A stretch of DNA of 64,000 bases from Terriglobia bacterium (lineage in GTDB: Bacteria; Acidobacteriota; Terriglobia; 20CM-2-55-15). The position numbers and the translations under genes were made by a program. The stretch spans positions 128,001-192,000 of the forward strand of contig CBDAOY010000005.1 of assembly GCA_965198225.1 (NCBI GenBank). The letters run 5' to 3'. The notes under the pieces are model-generated. The model worked only from the letters and a program-made list of their open reading frames with translations, did no database searches and was not told the origin of the DNA. Positions 36,722-46,433 of this stretch are shown one piece after another. Position 1 is the first letter of the stretch. Each line of letters begins with the position of its first letter.

Positions 36722-38438
36722 GTGGTGATGAACAGGCGTCTTCTCTATCTGACCGGTTTGATTGCCGTTCTTCTCTGTGCGAGGGCCCTCGCACACAGCC
36801 AAGACGGGCACTCGCCCACGGTGGGGCGCTCCGTGGTTGCCACCGAGTTCGGCATTGTGGCGGCCAGCCAGCCCCTGGCGGCTCGGGCCGGTGTCGAGAT
36901 GCTCGAGCGTGGTGGCAACGCCATCGATGCGGCCATTGCAGCTAACGCCACGATCGGGCTGATGGAACCGACCGGCAACGGCATCGGTGGCGATCTCTTC
37001 GTTATCTACTACGAGGCGGAGACCGGGAGGACTTACGGGCTGAACTCCAGCGGATGGTCAGCGACGGGCCTGAGCGCACAATTCCTCAGGTCCAGGGGCG
37101 AGACCCGAATGCCGAGACGCACCATCTACAGCGTAACGGTCCCCGGAGTGGTCGCCGGCTGGGACGCTCTGCGCAGTCGATTCGGAACGAAGCCTTTTTC
37201 CGAGCTGCTGGCGCCTGCGATTTATTACGCCGAGAACGGATTTCCCCTTAGCGAAGTGATCGCCGGCGCGTGGTCCCGATCCCTCAGTATGTTGTCGGCC
37301 CACCCGAACTCGGCGAGCACCTTCCTGATCGATGGCCGTGCGCCCGAAGCGGGTGAGACCTTCCGCAACCCGGACCTCGCGCAATCGCTCCGGCTGATCG
37401 CACGGAACGGGCGGGACGCCTACTACGAGGGACCGATCGCGCAGGCGATCCTGCAGGTCTCGAAGGAGCAGGGAGGCACCTTCACCGCGGGGGATCTCGC
37501 TGAATTCGAACCGGAGTGGGTCACGCCCATCACGACGACCTACCGCGGGTGGAGGGTATCGGAAATCCCTCCCAACACGACGGGCATCGCCGCCCTGATA
37601 ATGCTCAACATCATGGAGCGATTTCCGCTGGACGAATGGGGCTTCCACAGTACGAAGGCACTCCACGTCATGGTTGAAGCCAAGAAACTGGCTTATGCCG
37701 ACATGATCCGCTACGTCGGCGATCCCCGGCTTTCGCGGCTCCCTGTCGAAACTCTTATTTCCAAGTCTCACGCCGAGGAACGCGCCACCCACATTGACAT
37801 GACCAGAGCGGCCTGCAGCGTCGAGCCGTCTCATCTGGAGGGATACACGAACGCCGAAGGCAACGACACAATCTACATGAGCGCCATCGACAAGGACGGG
37901 AATATCGTTTCGCTGATTCAGAGCAACTATTCCGGATTCGGGTCCGGCCTCGTGCCTCCGGGCACCGGCTTCATGCTGCACAACCGCGGCGACCTGTTCA
38001 CATTGGAGGAAGGCCATCCAAATACGCTGGCTCCACGCAAGCGGCCCCTCCACACGATCATCCCGGCGTTCATGGAAAAAGACGGCGTGCGGCTTCGGGA
38101 TAATGGGCGGATTCAACCAGCCCCAGGCGCACGCGCAGTTTGTGGCCAACGTTGCCGACTACGGGATGAACATCCAGGAGTCGCTCGAAGCAGGCCGTTT
38201 CACAAAAGGGACATTCGAGGGCTGCGACGTCAATATCGAAGCGCTGGTCCCCGCAGACGTGCGTCGAGAGCTGGCGGCTCTTGGACACGAAATCAACGTG
38301 GTCGCTCCTCGGACGGGGACCTTTGGCTACGGCCAGGCGGTGATGAGCGACCCATCGGGAATCCACTACGGCGCATCGGAGCCCCGCCACGACGGAGCGG
38401 CGATCCCCCAGATGCCGCCGGTGTTCCAGAAGAACTAG
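36722..38438 (+). CDS. ggt: Gamma-glutamyltransferase, frameshifted near 38090
   Basis: GGNAIDAA, GIGGD, nucleophile NDT, KRPLHTIIP; the true C-terminus (MGGFNQPQAH...SEPRHDG) lies in ORF 38103..38438. Confidence 0.88.
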
Positions 38439-38449
38439 CGCACGTAAGA

Positions 38450-38519
38450 GTGTAGGTGCGCTCTATGAGCGCTCGTTGTTTCGTTTCGAAGAGAGTGCGG
38501 TCACAGACCGCACCTACAC
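38450..38519. repeat. REPIN, 70 bp
   Basis: gtgtaggtgcgctctatgagcgctc ... gtgcggtcacagaccgcacctacac, between convergent genes. Confidence 0.9.
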
Positions 38520-38552
38520 CTGGGTTTGCACCCGCCGTAGTACTTGCACGGG

Positions 38553-41102
38553 TCAGGGCTGCCGTCTCGTACCGCCTACCTGGGCCTGATACAGTTGACG
38601 TCCCCTCTCGAACGTCCGGATGACCTCCGCCTTGTGCGCCGGGTCGTCCCAGCGATCCATCGCCCTGAGCTCGGCCAGCGTCTCGTCGATCCACGCGACG
38701 AAGAACGCGGCATCGTCCGCCGAGCGGATCGGTTCCCCGTCGGCCACCACGAAGACGGGATTGGTGTGCGCGAACAGGTAGCTGTCCATAGCACCATGTT
38801 GGGTCGGGCCGAGAACCCGGGCGGCGATCCAGCCGCTCGCCTCGACTGGGACCTCCAGCTCTGCCTCGATCGACTTCGATCCGTTCGCCTCGACGGTGTG
38901 GATGATCTCGCCGTTTCGGATGATCTCCAGTCGGTCCATGGCGAAGATCGAACGCGCGGTGGCCGACACGTGCGCGACGTCACCTCGGGACGCGGCGAGT
39001 TCCTCTCCCATTCCCTGACCCGAAACGTCGAGGGATAGAATCGGTCCGCTGGTCACGAAGGCGCGGCCCTGTGCCATCGCGTTCGCCCACTCGTCATAGT
39101 CCAGCTCCTCCTCACCGGTGTAGACGTAGGCCCGCGTCGTCCCGACCGCCGGGTGGCGCCAGATGTCCGTCATCGTGTCGGTGCCGGCCGTGGCCGGGAT
39201 CCTGGATCCGGTGTTCAGCAGCCGGTACCACACCTCCGCGGTTCCGAGTTCGTCGCTCCATATGCAGGAGACGTCGACAAAATCCGCGACCCCCAGGATC
39301 GCGTCCACGGGGAGCTCTCGCGCTCCTCCGGGACCTGCTGCGACCGGATCGCGGTGATTCAGCCCGAACGGATGGACGTATCCGCCGATGCCACCCTGGT
39401 CGTGCACCCGTTCGAGCACCGATGCGTTGTCCGGATACAGGGCGTGGTGCGCGGTGCCGATGGAGCCGATGTAGAACGGCGTGATCAGCTCGACGAGGTT
39501 GAGCAGCGAGAGATGCGCGAAGTAGCTGGCCCGGTACTCCTCGTTGTAGTAGACGAGGGTCCGTTCGTCCCCGTGCGGATGGGGGTGTCCGAGGAAGTGC
39601 TCGAGGTCCTCGACCCTGCTGTTGCCCCAGTAGTTGGCGATCATCCCGTTCGCCACGTTCAGGTCCTCGGCCTGGGCCTTGTTCCTGAGATCGATCGGTC
39701 GGACGCGGTAGTGACCACCGTAATTGGGATGGATGTGGTTGTCCCCGGAGTACCAGCCCTCGGCGGCCATGTCGATCCAGCGGCTCATGTCGACCTCGAG
39801 GGTCGTCCACTCGCCGGCGCGTACATCGACCGTTCGCTGGACCGGCTCGTACTCGAAGCCCCGCCAGACCTCCAGATTGGCCTCGCCCACCGGGAGAGTC
39901 ACGGTGAAGCTGCCGTCGGTGTGGAAGTAGTAGTCCTCCGTGACGCTCACGACGCGCGGATAGCTGGAGTCGGGGAAGTAGCTGCGGCCGTCGGCGCCCT
40001 GAAGGTAGATGCGCGATGGGAGGAGTTCCCCGTCGGCGTCGCTCACCCGGATCCGAGCGCGGCCCATCGGCTCGGACCAGGCGTAGTCCTCGATGCGGAC
40101 GGGTTGTGGGACCCCGCCACCTCGACCGACGGTGTAGAGCCCAAATCCCATGTTGCTGTCCGCCGTGCGCTCCTGATCGGGCATGCCTCCGTTGCGCGCA
40201 TACGCGAGTCGCTGGCCGTCGGGGGACCATGTCGGGAAGTATTCGTCAGCCGTCGTGTGAGTCAAACGGACGGGCTGGATCCCTCGGGGCGACTTCTCGC
40301 TCGGGACGAGATACAGGTCGTTGTTTCCGGACGAATCGGTGATATACGCGACAGCCCCGCCGTGGGAAGCGACGACCGGCGCTGCCTGATAGTTTGTCTC
40401 TACCCGCAGCAACAGCTCCGCCTGCGAGGTCGCGGCGGTCCATCGCCAGAGCGAGCCCGAGCCCAACGCGGCTTCGCCGCGCCTGGAAACGAAGACCAGG
40501 TCTCCGCCGTCGCCGATCCAGTCGCCGGCCATGTTGTTCTGATCGTTCGCGACCAGGTGTTCCGCGACGTCGCGTTCCATGTCGTGGGCCCACAGATCGA
40601 ACGACCCGTTGCGCGCGGTCGTGAACAGGATTCGGGATCCATCCGGCGACCACCGGGGGCGCAAATCGAGGAACGGATCGGTCGTGATCCGGCGGGTTTC
40701 GCCGCTCTCCCGGTCCAGGACGTAGATATCGAAGTTCCCCTCGACATCAGCCGCATAGGCCACGCGCCGGCCGTCGGGCGACCAACTCGGTTGGGAGTGG
40801 TACCCCGGGCCGGTAGTCAACTGCTCGGCGACTCCCCCCCCCACGGGAACGTTCCAGATCCGCCCTTGATACGCGAAGGCGAGGGACCCGCCGTCGGGCG
40901 ACCAGGCCGGGTACGTCGGCGACGCGGTCACCGGGGGTGGAAAGTAGCTCTCCATGTACATCTTCCCTGCACCGCCGAAGCCACTCTCGGGGTAGCCGCC
41001 CACGAAGGGACCCGGATACCTGGAGAGGTCCTGGGCCACCGCGGGGAAAGCGGCGGCCAGCAGGGATGTGAGGAGGCTCGTCCGTATCCACTCTCGATTC
41101 AT
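38553..41102 (-). CDS. TolB-like (PD40) repeats + CehA/McbA-type PHP metallohydrolase
   Basis: P.WSPDG repeats; GWYSGDNHIH, NEEYR, YVHP, AGTD, FVTSGP, AHTNP. Confidence 0.88.
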   Translation of the reverse strand: MNREWIRTSLLTSLLAAAFPAVAQDLSRYPGPFVGGYPESGFGGAGKMYMESYFPPPVTASPTYPAWSPDGGSLAFAYQGRIWNVPVGGGVAEQLTTGPGYHSQPSWSPDGRRVAYAADVEGNFDIYVLDRESGETRRITTDPFLDLRPRWSPDGSRILFTTARNGSFDLWAHDMERDVAEHLVANDQNNMAGDWIGDGGDLVFVSRRGEAALGSGSLWRWTAATSQAELLLRVETNYQAAPVVASHGGAVAYITDSSGNNDLYLVPSEKSPRGIQPVRLTHTTADEYFPTWSPDGQRLAYARNGGMPDQERTADSNMGFGLYTVGRGGGVPQPVRIEDYAWSEPMGRARIRVSDADGELLPSRIYLQGADGRSYFPDSSYPRVVSVTEDYYFHTDGSFTVTLPVGEANLEVWRGFEYEPVQRTVDVRAGEWTTLEVDMSRWIDMAAEGWYSGDNHIHPNYGGHYRVRPIDLRNKAQAEDLNVANGMIANYWGNSRVEDLEHFLGHPHPHGDERTLVYYNEEYRASYFAHLSLLNLVELITPFYIGSIGTAHHALYPDNASVLERVHDQGGIGGYVHPFGLNHRDPVAAGPGGARELPVDAILGVADFVDVSCIWSDELGTAEVWYRLLNTGSRIPATAGTDTMTDIWRHPAVGTTRAYVYTGEEELDYDEWANAMAQGRAFVTSGPILSLDVSGQGMGEELAASRGDVAHVSATARSIFAMDRLEIIRNGEIIHTVEANGSKSIEAELEVPVEASGWIAARVLGPTQHGAMDSYLFAHTNPVFVVADGEPIRSADDAAFFVAWIDETLAELRAMDRWDDPAHKAEVIRTFERGRQLYQAQVGGTRRQP

Positions 41103-41647
41103 TTCATTCTCCCTTGATGCGCATCCACATCGACCACCTCACTCGTGACTCATCGAGGCGGGACGGCGTCGACCTCTTGAGGAAAGACGAGATAAGAGGC
41201 CATTAGATTGATAAAGCTGGGGTGAGTATGTGGCGATTTCGCGGCTCCAGCAAGGAGAATACGGTCCGGGTCGAGGACGGTGCCTTGGGGATCAACCTGG
41301 TTGGGTCGAAGCCCCAGCGACTACATGGACCGCCCGATTCGATAGCCCAGCAATATCCCAGTCACACCGCCAGCGAAGGAGAACAGGAGGCCGGCGATGG
41401 AGAGCATTTCGCCGCCCCACAGTGAAGGTATGTATCCTCCAACTGTCGATCCGATCAACAAGCCGCCCCAAGTGAATTTCTTGCTCACGGTTAGTCCTCA
41501 CCCTACGACCCGCACCGCGTTTCAATCAAGCGATTAGAAACATCGGCTGAACAATAGCCTTGGGCTTAGACTCTTAAGCGTAAGGCCCCGAGAAGGTCGG
41601 CACTGCCGTCAGGGAAACCTTCGCTTAGAAGCCCGTCCAAAACGGAG

Positions 41648-41672
41648 GTGTAGGTGCGGTCTATGACCGCAC
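41648..41672 (+). repeat. Single REP with part of the REPIN spacer
   Basis: gtgtaggtgcggtctatgaccgcac followed by tctcttcgaa, matching the spacer of 38450-38519. Confidence 0.85.
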
Positions 41673-41823
41673 TCTCTTCGAACCGAGACGCCGGCGCCAA
41701 CCTGGCTGCGGTTATTGTTTACGTGATGGCGCCGGTAGGATGACTAAACAGCCAGATGATAGTTTGGCTTTCAGATTCTCTGCTTTGGGACGTTTTTTGC
41801 TGTGGAGACCCCAAGGAGGACAC

Positions 41824-42828
41824 ATGAGGTTCACATTCGCTGAGACCGACAGAAGGCTGACGGGCGCTTTCGTTGTCATAGTCAGTCTGCTCCTGCCCTT
41901 CTCCGCGGGCGCTCAGACGCGGGCGGCCGGGCCATGGTGGCCGAACGCACAATGGGGCCCCGAGGATCAGGCTGGCGCCTCGAACCGGATCACCGAGCAA
42001 AAGGTAATGGAAGCGTTGCAGCTCGCGACGACCGGGAAGGTCTACGAACTCGGGCAGGTTTACGAACCGGGCATGCCGTTGTACGGCACGCGAAGCTACT
42101 CCATGGTGCTTCCCGCAAAGGGCCCTGCAAGCGCGGAGAACCGACTCGTGGCCAACGAGGAATTCCTGTCGACTCAGATCGGGCAGGTGGGCACACAGTT
42201 CGACGGACTGGGCCACATCGGCCAGGAAATCACGATGGACGACGGCAGAGTCGAGTACATCTTCTACAACGGCTTCACCGCACCAGAGATGGACACGCCG
42301 AGCGGACTACAAAGGCTGGGAATAGAGCACGTCAAGCCGATCATCACGCGCGGCGTCCTGATCGACATTGCGGGCTACAAGGGCGTGCCTCGCCTGCCCA
42401 ACAGGTATGAAGTGACCGTCAACGACGTCCTCGGTGCGCTCGAACGTCAGGGTATGTCCGAGGCCGACGTGAGGCCCGGCGACGCCGTTCTCTTCCGGTA
42501 CGGGTGGTCGTCGCTCTGGGATCAGCCGGAGGCGTACAACGTCGATCCGCCCGGTATCGGCTTGGGCGTCGCCCGGTGGGTCGCCGAGCGGCAGGCCACG
42601 ATGATCGGCAGCGACTCCTGGTGCAGTGAGGTCGTGCCGAGTTCCGGGCAGGGGTTGGCCTTCCCGGTACATCAGGAGCTCATGATGAAGAACGGCATCT
42701 TCAACCTGGAGAACATGCAGTTTGATGAGCTCGTGGCCGACGGTGCCAACGAATTCCTATTCATCGTGACGCCCATCCGATTCAAAGGGGCTACGGGTTC
42801 GCCCGTGCGTCCGATCGCGATTCGCTGA
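41824..42828 (+). CDS. Exported cyclase-family metallohydrolase
   Basis: WGPEDQAG, GTQFDGLGH, RGVLID, GSD, HQEL, LENM, GATGSPVRP. Confidence 0.9.
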   Translation: MRFTFAETDRRLTGAFVVIVSLLLPFSAGAQTRAAGPWWPNAQWGPEDQAGASNRITEQKVMEALQLATTGKVYELGQVYEPGMPLYGTRSYSMVLPAKGPASAENRLVANEEFLSTQIGQVGTQFDGLGHIGQEITMDDGRVEYIFYNGFTAPEMDTPSGLQRLGIEHVKPIITRGVLIDIAGYKGVPRLPNRYEVTVNDVLGALERQGMSEADVRPGDAVLFRYGWSSLWDQPEAYNVDPPGIGLGVARWVAERQATMIGSDSWCSEVVPSSGQGLAFPVHQELMMKNGIFNLENMQFDELVADGANEFLFIVTPIRFKGATGSPVRPIAIR

Positions 42829-42874
42829 ACGCCCCTCGATCGACCGCGGAGGAAACTGGGTACATGTCGGGTTC

Positions 42875-42996
42875 CGGCCAACCTGCTCGATGGGACGCGC
42901 GATGCCGTATCCGTGCCTCGGCCCGAACTGCTCCAACGTCTTGAGCCCCATCAGATCCAGAGTGCCCTTAAGAGTGGGTGATCGAATCTCCGTCAT
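42875..42996 (-). pseudogene. Truncated acidobacterial-type PadR regulator
   Basis: LKGTLDLM.LKTL..GPRHGYGIAR.IEQV, then degenerates. Confidence 0.75.
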
Positions 42997-43139
42997 GGGG
43001 TCTCCGACAGGTGAGATGTAAAGGGGGGGTACTCGGCTTCCTGTGGGATGTCACGATGAAGACGTGACAGTCGTCGGCGTTAACGTTCAGGCTCCCCTGC
43101 AGTGGGAAACTACTCGCGAAGTGTGGTAAGAAGTAACGG

Positions 43140-43541
43140 ATGTCCGAACCTGGAGAAGCGAGCGGAGAAGCCCTTGGACGGCATCTCATTGCCGACATGA
43201 CGGGGTTGCCCACGGCCCTCCTGCGTGATGGCGATCGGATCATGCGTGCACTGAAGGAGGCACTGGCGCAGGCAGGCTTTCACTCCATCAAGAGCGTGGA
43301 GCATCATTTCGTCGAGCGGGGCCAGGGATTTACGGGAATGTTCCTTCTGGCGGAATCCCATGCCGCCGTTCACACCTATCCCGAGCGGAAATATCTCGCG
43401 CTGGACATCTTCGCTTGCGGCAGCATCGATCCTTCCTGCGTCATGGACGCGCTGGTTGCAGAACTGGGTCCTGAAGCAGTCGACGTGCGGACTTTGACCC
43501 GCACGCCTCGCGTCAACACTCCCGCAGACAGGGATACCTAG
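43140..43541 (+). CDS. speD: S-adenosylmethionine decarboxylase proenzyme
   Basis: GRHLIAD, G.TG..LLAESH..HTYPE..LDIFACG. Confidence 0.92.
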   Translation: MSEPGEASGEALGRHLIADMTGLPTALLRDGDRIMRALKEALAQAGFHSIKSVEHHFVERGQGFTGMFLLAESHAAVHTYPERKYLALDIFACGSIDPSCVMDALVAELGPEAVDVRTLTRTPRVNTPADRDT

Positions 43542-43808
43542 TGGCCTGTAACAGAGATAGTGACAGCGTCGCCAATGGGCCTTGCGGGCCCTCTCCCTAG
43601 TCGTCGCAGATCGAAAAACATCGCCTGTTTCCGAGCTCCTCTGCGTGGCTGGCAAGGCCCATTGTCCCTTCGGGTTGCGGCGGAACAGCACCGTCTTCGT
43701 CGTCGCGCCTTCTCGCAATGAAGCAGCATTACCTCGGGCTGCGCTCCTAGAATCCGGCACCGTTGCGCTCGCAACGCCACTATCACTCTCTCTGTTACAG
43801 GCCACTAG
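43538..43808. mobile_element. MITE-A, ~270 bp, CTAG-bounded
   Basis: 20-bp perfect terminal inverted repeat ctagtggcctgtaacagaga / tctctgttacaggccactag; the left CTAG contains the speD stop. Confidence 0.85.
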
Positions 43809-43851
43809 CCCGGAAATGTTCGGGGTCGGGGGCCGGGGATTCGGCCCGCCG

Positions 43852-44850
43852 TCAGAAGGTCCACACGATCAGGACCGACGCACCGATGTAGCCGAACGCT
43901 TCGAGGAGGCCGGCACCGATGTTTGGATGTTCCTGCGTCTGCTCGTCGGCAAGCTTGACGCCGGGTGCCAGCAAGATGTCGGTGAACTTGTGGACGAGGA
44001 ACAACATGATGAAGCCAAACGTCACGTCGACGGCAAACAGGACCAGGCTATCGGTCCAGCCGGTGAAATCGCCGCCGATTGCCACACTGATGATATTGCC
44101 GAGACCGATGAGAGCCCCTCCGAACGCCAGGCCCACCGCGGCATTGTCTCGCTCCAGTTCTTCAAAAAAATTGTACGGGGTCACCAACTCGTAGAGTCGT
44201 CCGGCGATTACCAGCACCACCTGGGCGAGCAGCCAGAAAGCCATCAGGACAAGCATGCCCGAACCCACTGCGCCGAGCGTGCTCGCGGCGGCGGAAGCTT
44301 CCCCGGTATCGCCCTGAGTGGCTCGGAGAATAATCAGGCCGTTGGCGATGTATACACCGGCCTCGACAAACCCGACGCCGATGTTCCGATCTTCGACAAC
44401 CTCTTTGGTGTTGTTGAATGTCGGCAGAAGGATCTTCTCGCACATGAAGCTCGCCAGAAGCATGAGGATGATCGCGGAAAGACCGTAGATACCGATCATG
44501 ACCACGTCGGTGCCGAGACCCTGTGATTCGCCCGAAATCGCGCCGCCGAAAGCGATCAGGATTCCAAAGTAATAGCCGACCGTGGAGATTGCGAGTGCCT
44601 GGTTGTCCCGCGTGAAGAGTTCCGCATTCAACTCCACACGCCGATAGAGACCGGAATAAGCGAGCTTCGCGATCCAGAGGAGAACAAACGCCTCGAGGAT
44701 ATAAAAGAGGGATTCGCCGATCAGGTAGAGATTATCTACCAGAGAAACCTGAGCCGGCGGCGCGGCAGGGGTCTGCGCAAATCCTGGCCCAGCGAATACT
44801 GGGACGACTAACAGAAGTACGACAGCGAGAAAGACCGGCTGCTTAACCAT
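43852..44850 (-). CDS. DUF350 family membrane protein (internally repeated)
   Basis: Repeated EL..DN.A.GL/AG motifs (RDNQALA, DRNIGVG, RDNAAVG, HPNIGAG). Confidence 0.85.
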   Translation of the reverse strand: MVKQPVFLAVVLLLVVPVFAGPGFAQTPAAPPAQVSLVDNLYLIGESLFYILEAFVLLWIAKLAYSGLYRRVELNAELFTRDNQALAISTVGYYFGILIAFGGAISGESQGLGTDVVMIGIYGLSAIILMLLASFMCEKILLPTFNNTKEVVEDRNIGVGFVEAGVYIANGLIILRATQGDTGEASAAASTLGAVGSGMLVLMAFWLLAQVVLVIAGRLYELVTPYNFFEELERDNAAVGLAFGGALIGLGNIISVAIGGDFTGWTDSLVLFAVDVTFGFIMLFLVHKFTDILLAPGVKLADEQTQEHPNIGAGLLEAFGYIGASVLIVWTF

Positions 44851-44883
44851 AATGAAACCCCTATCGCGTACGTCGGTCGCAGA

Positions 44884-45609
44884 TCATTTTCCCAGACTGC
44901 GCCCTCCCGAGCTTGCCCGACTGCGGGCTCTGGACTGGAAACGAGCCTGTTTGGCCTGATACCTCTGAGAGAACGATGGGCGCGTTCTGGCCGTCGCGGT
45001 ACCGTTCGCGCCGAAAGTGGGCCGACCTCCGGTCTGGGGGCCGTAATACGGCTGTCCGCGATTCCTCATGCCGACGTAGGTGCCGTGGTCCTGCCGGCTG
45101 ATCCGGTGCCCACCCAGCGCGGCTCTCATGAACGCGTACTGCCCGTAAAAGATCCAGAAACCGCCGGGACCAAAGTACCCGTATTGGCTACGACCCACAT
45201 TCTGATAGTAGGGAGGGTAGCTTTGGCCATAGCCGGTCAAGGTGCCATCCGCCGTCTTTGAAGCCACTACCATGCCGATGGATCGTTCATAGCGGCTCGC
45301 CAACCTGTCGGAGATCGAATAGGTGTCCACCCGTTCATCAAACTGGGCGGCTTCTCCCTCGTCGGGGTTCTCACCGATCGGCTCGGTGACCAGGAAACTG
45401 CTCTTGAGCGTCATGGAGTTCCGCAGAAATCCGTCGTCGACATCGTCCACGACGATCGAATACTCGGAATACTGTGCAAGCTCCCGTACCAACTCTGGAA
45501 CGGGGTCACTGCTCGAGAGAAAGCCGCCGGCCAGCCAGAATCCCAGCACTATCACGACCACAACCGCCGCTACCTGGATTCCGCGTCGCTCGTTTGTCTG
45601 CCCGGACAT
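44884..45609 (-). CDS. Membrane-anchored protein with an aromatic/Gly segment and an Arg/Ser/Gly-rich tail
   Basis: N-terminal TM; YGYFGPGGFWIFYGQYAFM; ends SRARSRASSGGRSLGK. Confidence 0.8.
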   Translation of the reverse strand: MSGQTNERRGIQVAAVVVVIVLGFWLAGGFLSSSDPVPELVRELAQYSEYSIVVDDVDDGFLRNSMTLKSSFLVTEPIGENPDEGEAAQFDERVDTYSISDRLASRYERSIGMVVASKTADGTLTGYGQSYPPYYQNVGRSQYGYFGPGGFWIFYGQYAFMRAALGGHRISRQDHGTYVGMRNRGQPYYGPQTGGRPTFGANGTATARTRPSFSQRYQAKQARFQSRARSRASSGGRSLGK

Positions 45610-45647
45610 TCCTAGACTCCTTCGATCATCTCTGTTCCCGGTAGTTC

Positions 45648-46199
45648 CTACGCGTTCCCGCTCGGCAGGATGTTGTTGAACTGATACTCTTCAACGTATT
45701 CGCCGGCGACCGACTTGAAATCCCTTTCTCCGTACTGCGTGACGAACAGCACATTTCTTCCTGAATCGTCACAGTAAGCCCAACTGATGAACTCCCTACC
45801 CGGGCCCCTGGCGTCTTCATGGAACAAACCCGCGCCGGTTTCCATCAGCCTATAGCTCCGCCCGTTGTGGGTCAAGTTTTGGGGCGGATCCTCATGTCGG
45901 CGGGTATGTTCCACGACGTCCTCGGAGATCTGACCGATGGAAATACTTTCTGTCAGCGTCCAGGTAACCTCCCCCTCACTATCAGCCCGCTCCAGGTAGA
46001 CGACCTTGTCGGAGGTCTCGATCACCCATTCTTTGGTCTCGAAGCCGGAATAGTCGTAGGTGTTGTACCCGGTGACCTCCCATGTCTTCATATCGTAGTC
46101 GACCAGGTATCCGACCTTCATGGCGCCCAGCTCGAAGTCCACCAGCGGGTCGGATTCCGCTTCGTCTCGCCCCCGGCCCAACCATTTCTTCCATCCCAT
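45648..46199 (-). CDS. DUF4178-like protein
   Basis: MKVGYLVDYD..WEV...EW, PPQ.L.HNG..Y.L.E.G; genomic context. Confidence 0.75.
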   Translation of the reverse strand: MGWKKWLGRGRDEAESDPLVDFELGAMKVGYLVDYDMKTWEVTGYNTYDYSGFETKEWVIETSDKVVYLERADSEGEVTWTLTESISIGQISEDVVEHTRRHEDPPQNLTHNGRSYRLMETGAGLFHEDARGPGREFISWAYCDDSGRNVLFVTQYGERDFKSVAGEYVEEYQFNNILPSGNA

Positions 46200-46212
46200 C
46201 GTTCATTCCCCC

Positions 46213-46422
46213 AAAGCCCGCATTTCTCACCAGTTGTCTGCTGCAGCGCCGGATCCATCCGTCATGACTGCGTTGCGCTTGGTCGGGCCCCTCAACGTAC
46301 AGTAAAGTACGCCTCGGTCGCCCTCCCGGCGCGCGCCTTGTCCTGGCGGCGTCGACATCAAACCGGGCCACAAAGTGGCCCGGCGGGCTTCGCGACGACA
46401 ACCGGTGAGAAATGCGGGCTAG
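46213..46422. mobile_element. MITE-B, ~210 bp
   Basis: TIR agcccgcatttctcaccagttgtc / gacaaccggtgagaaatgcgggct(ag); internal ctcaacgtac..gtacgcctcgg hairpin. Confidence 0.82.
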
Positions 46423-46433
46423 AGCATATCGGA

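Noticed and set aside
6136-41672. REP repeats as a CRISPR array
   Set aside because: Copies are dispersed or in inverted pairs, not regularly spaced direct repeats with unique spacers; no cas operon is present.
43538-43805. ORFs in 43110-43805 and 50968-51277 sharing FRRNPKG
   Set aside because: They are translations of the shared MITE core, not proteins.
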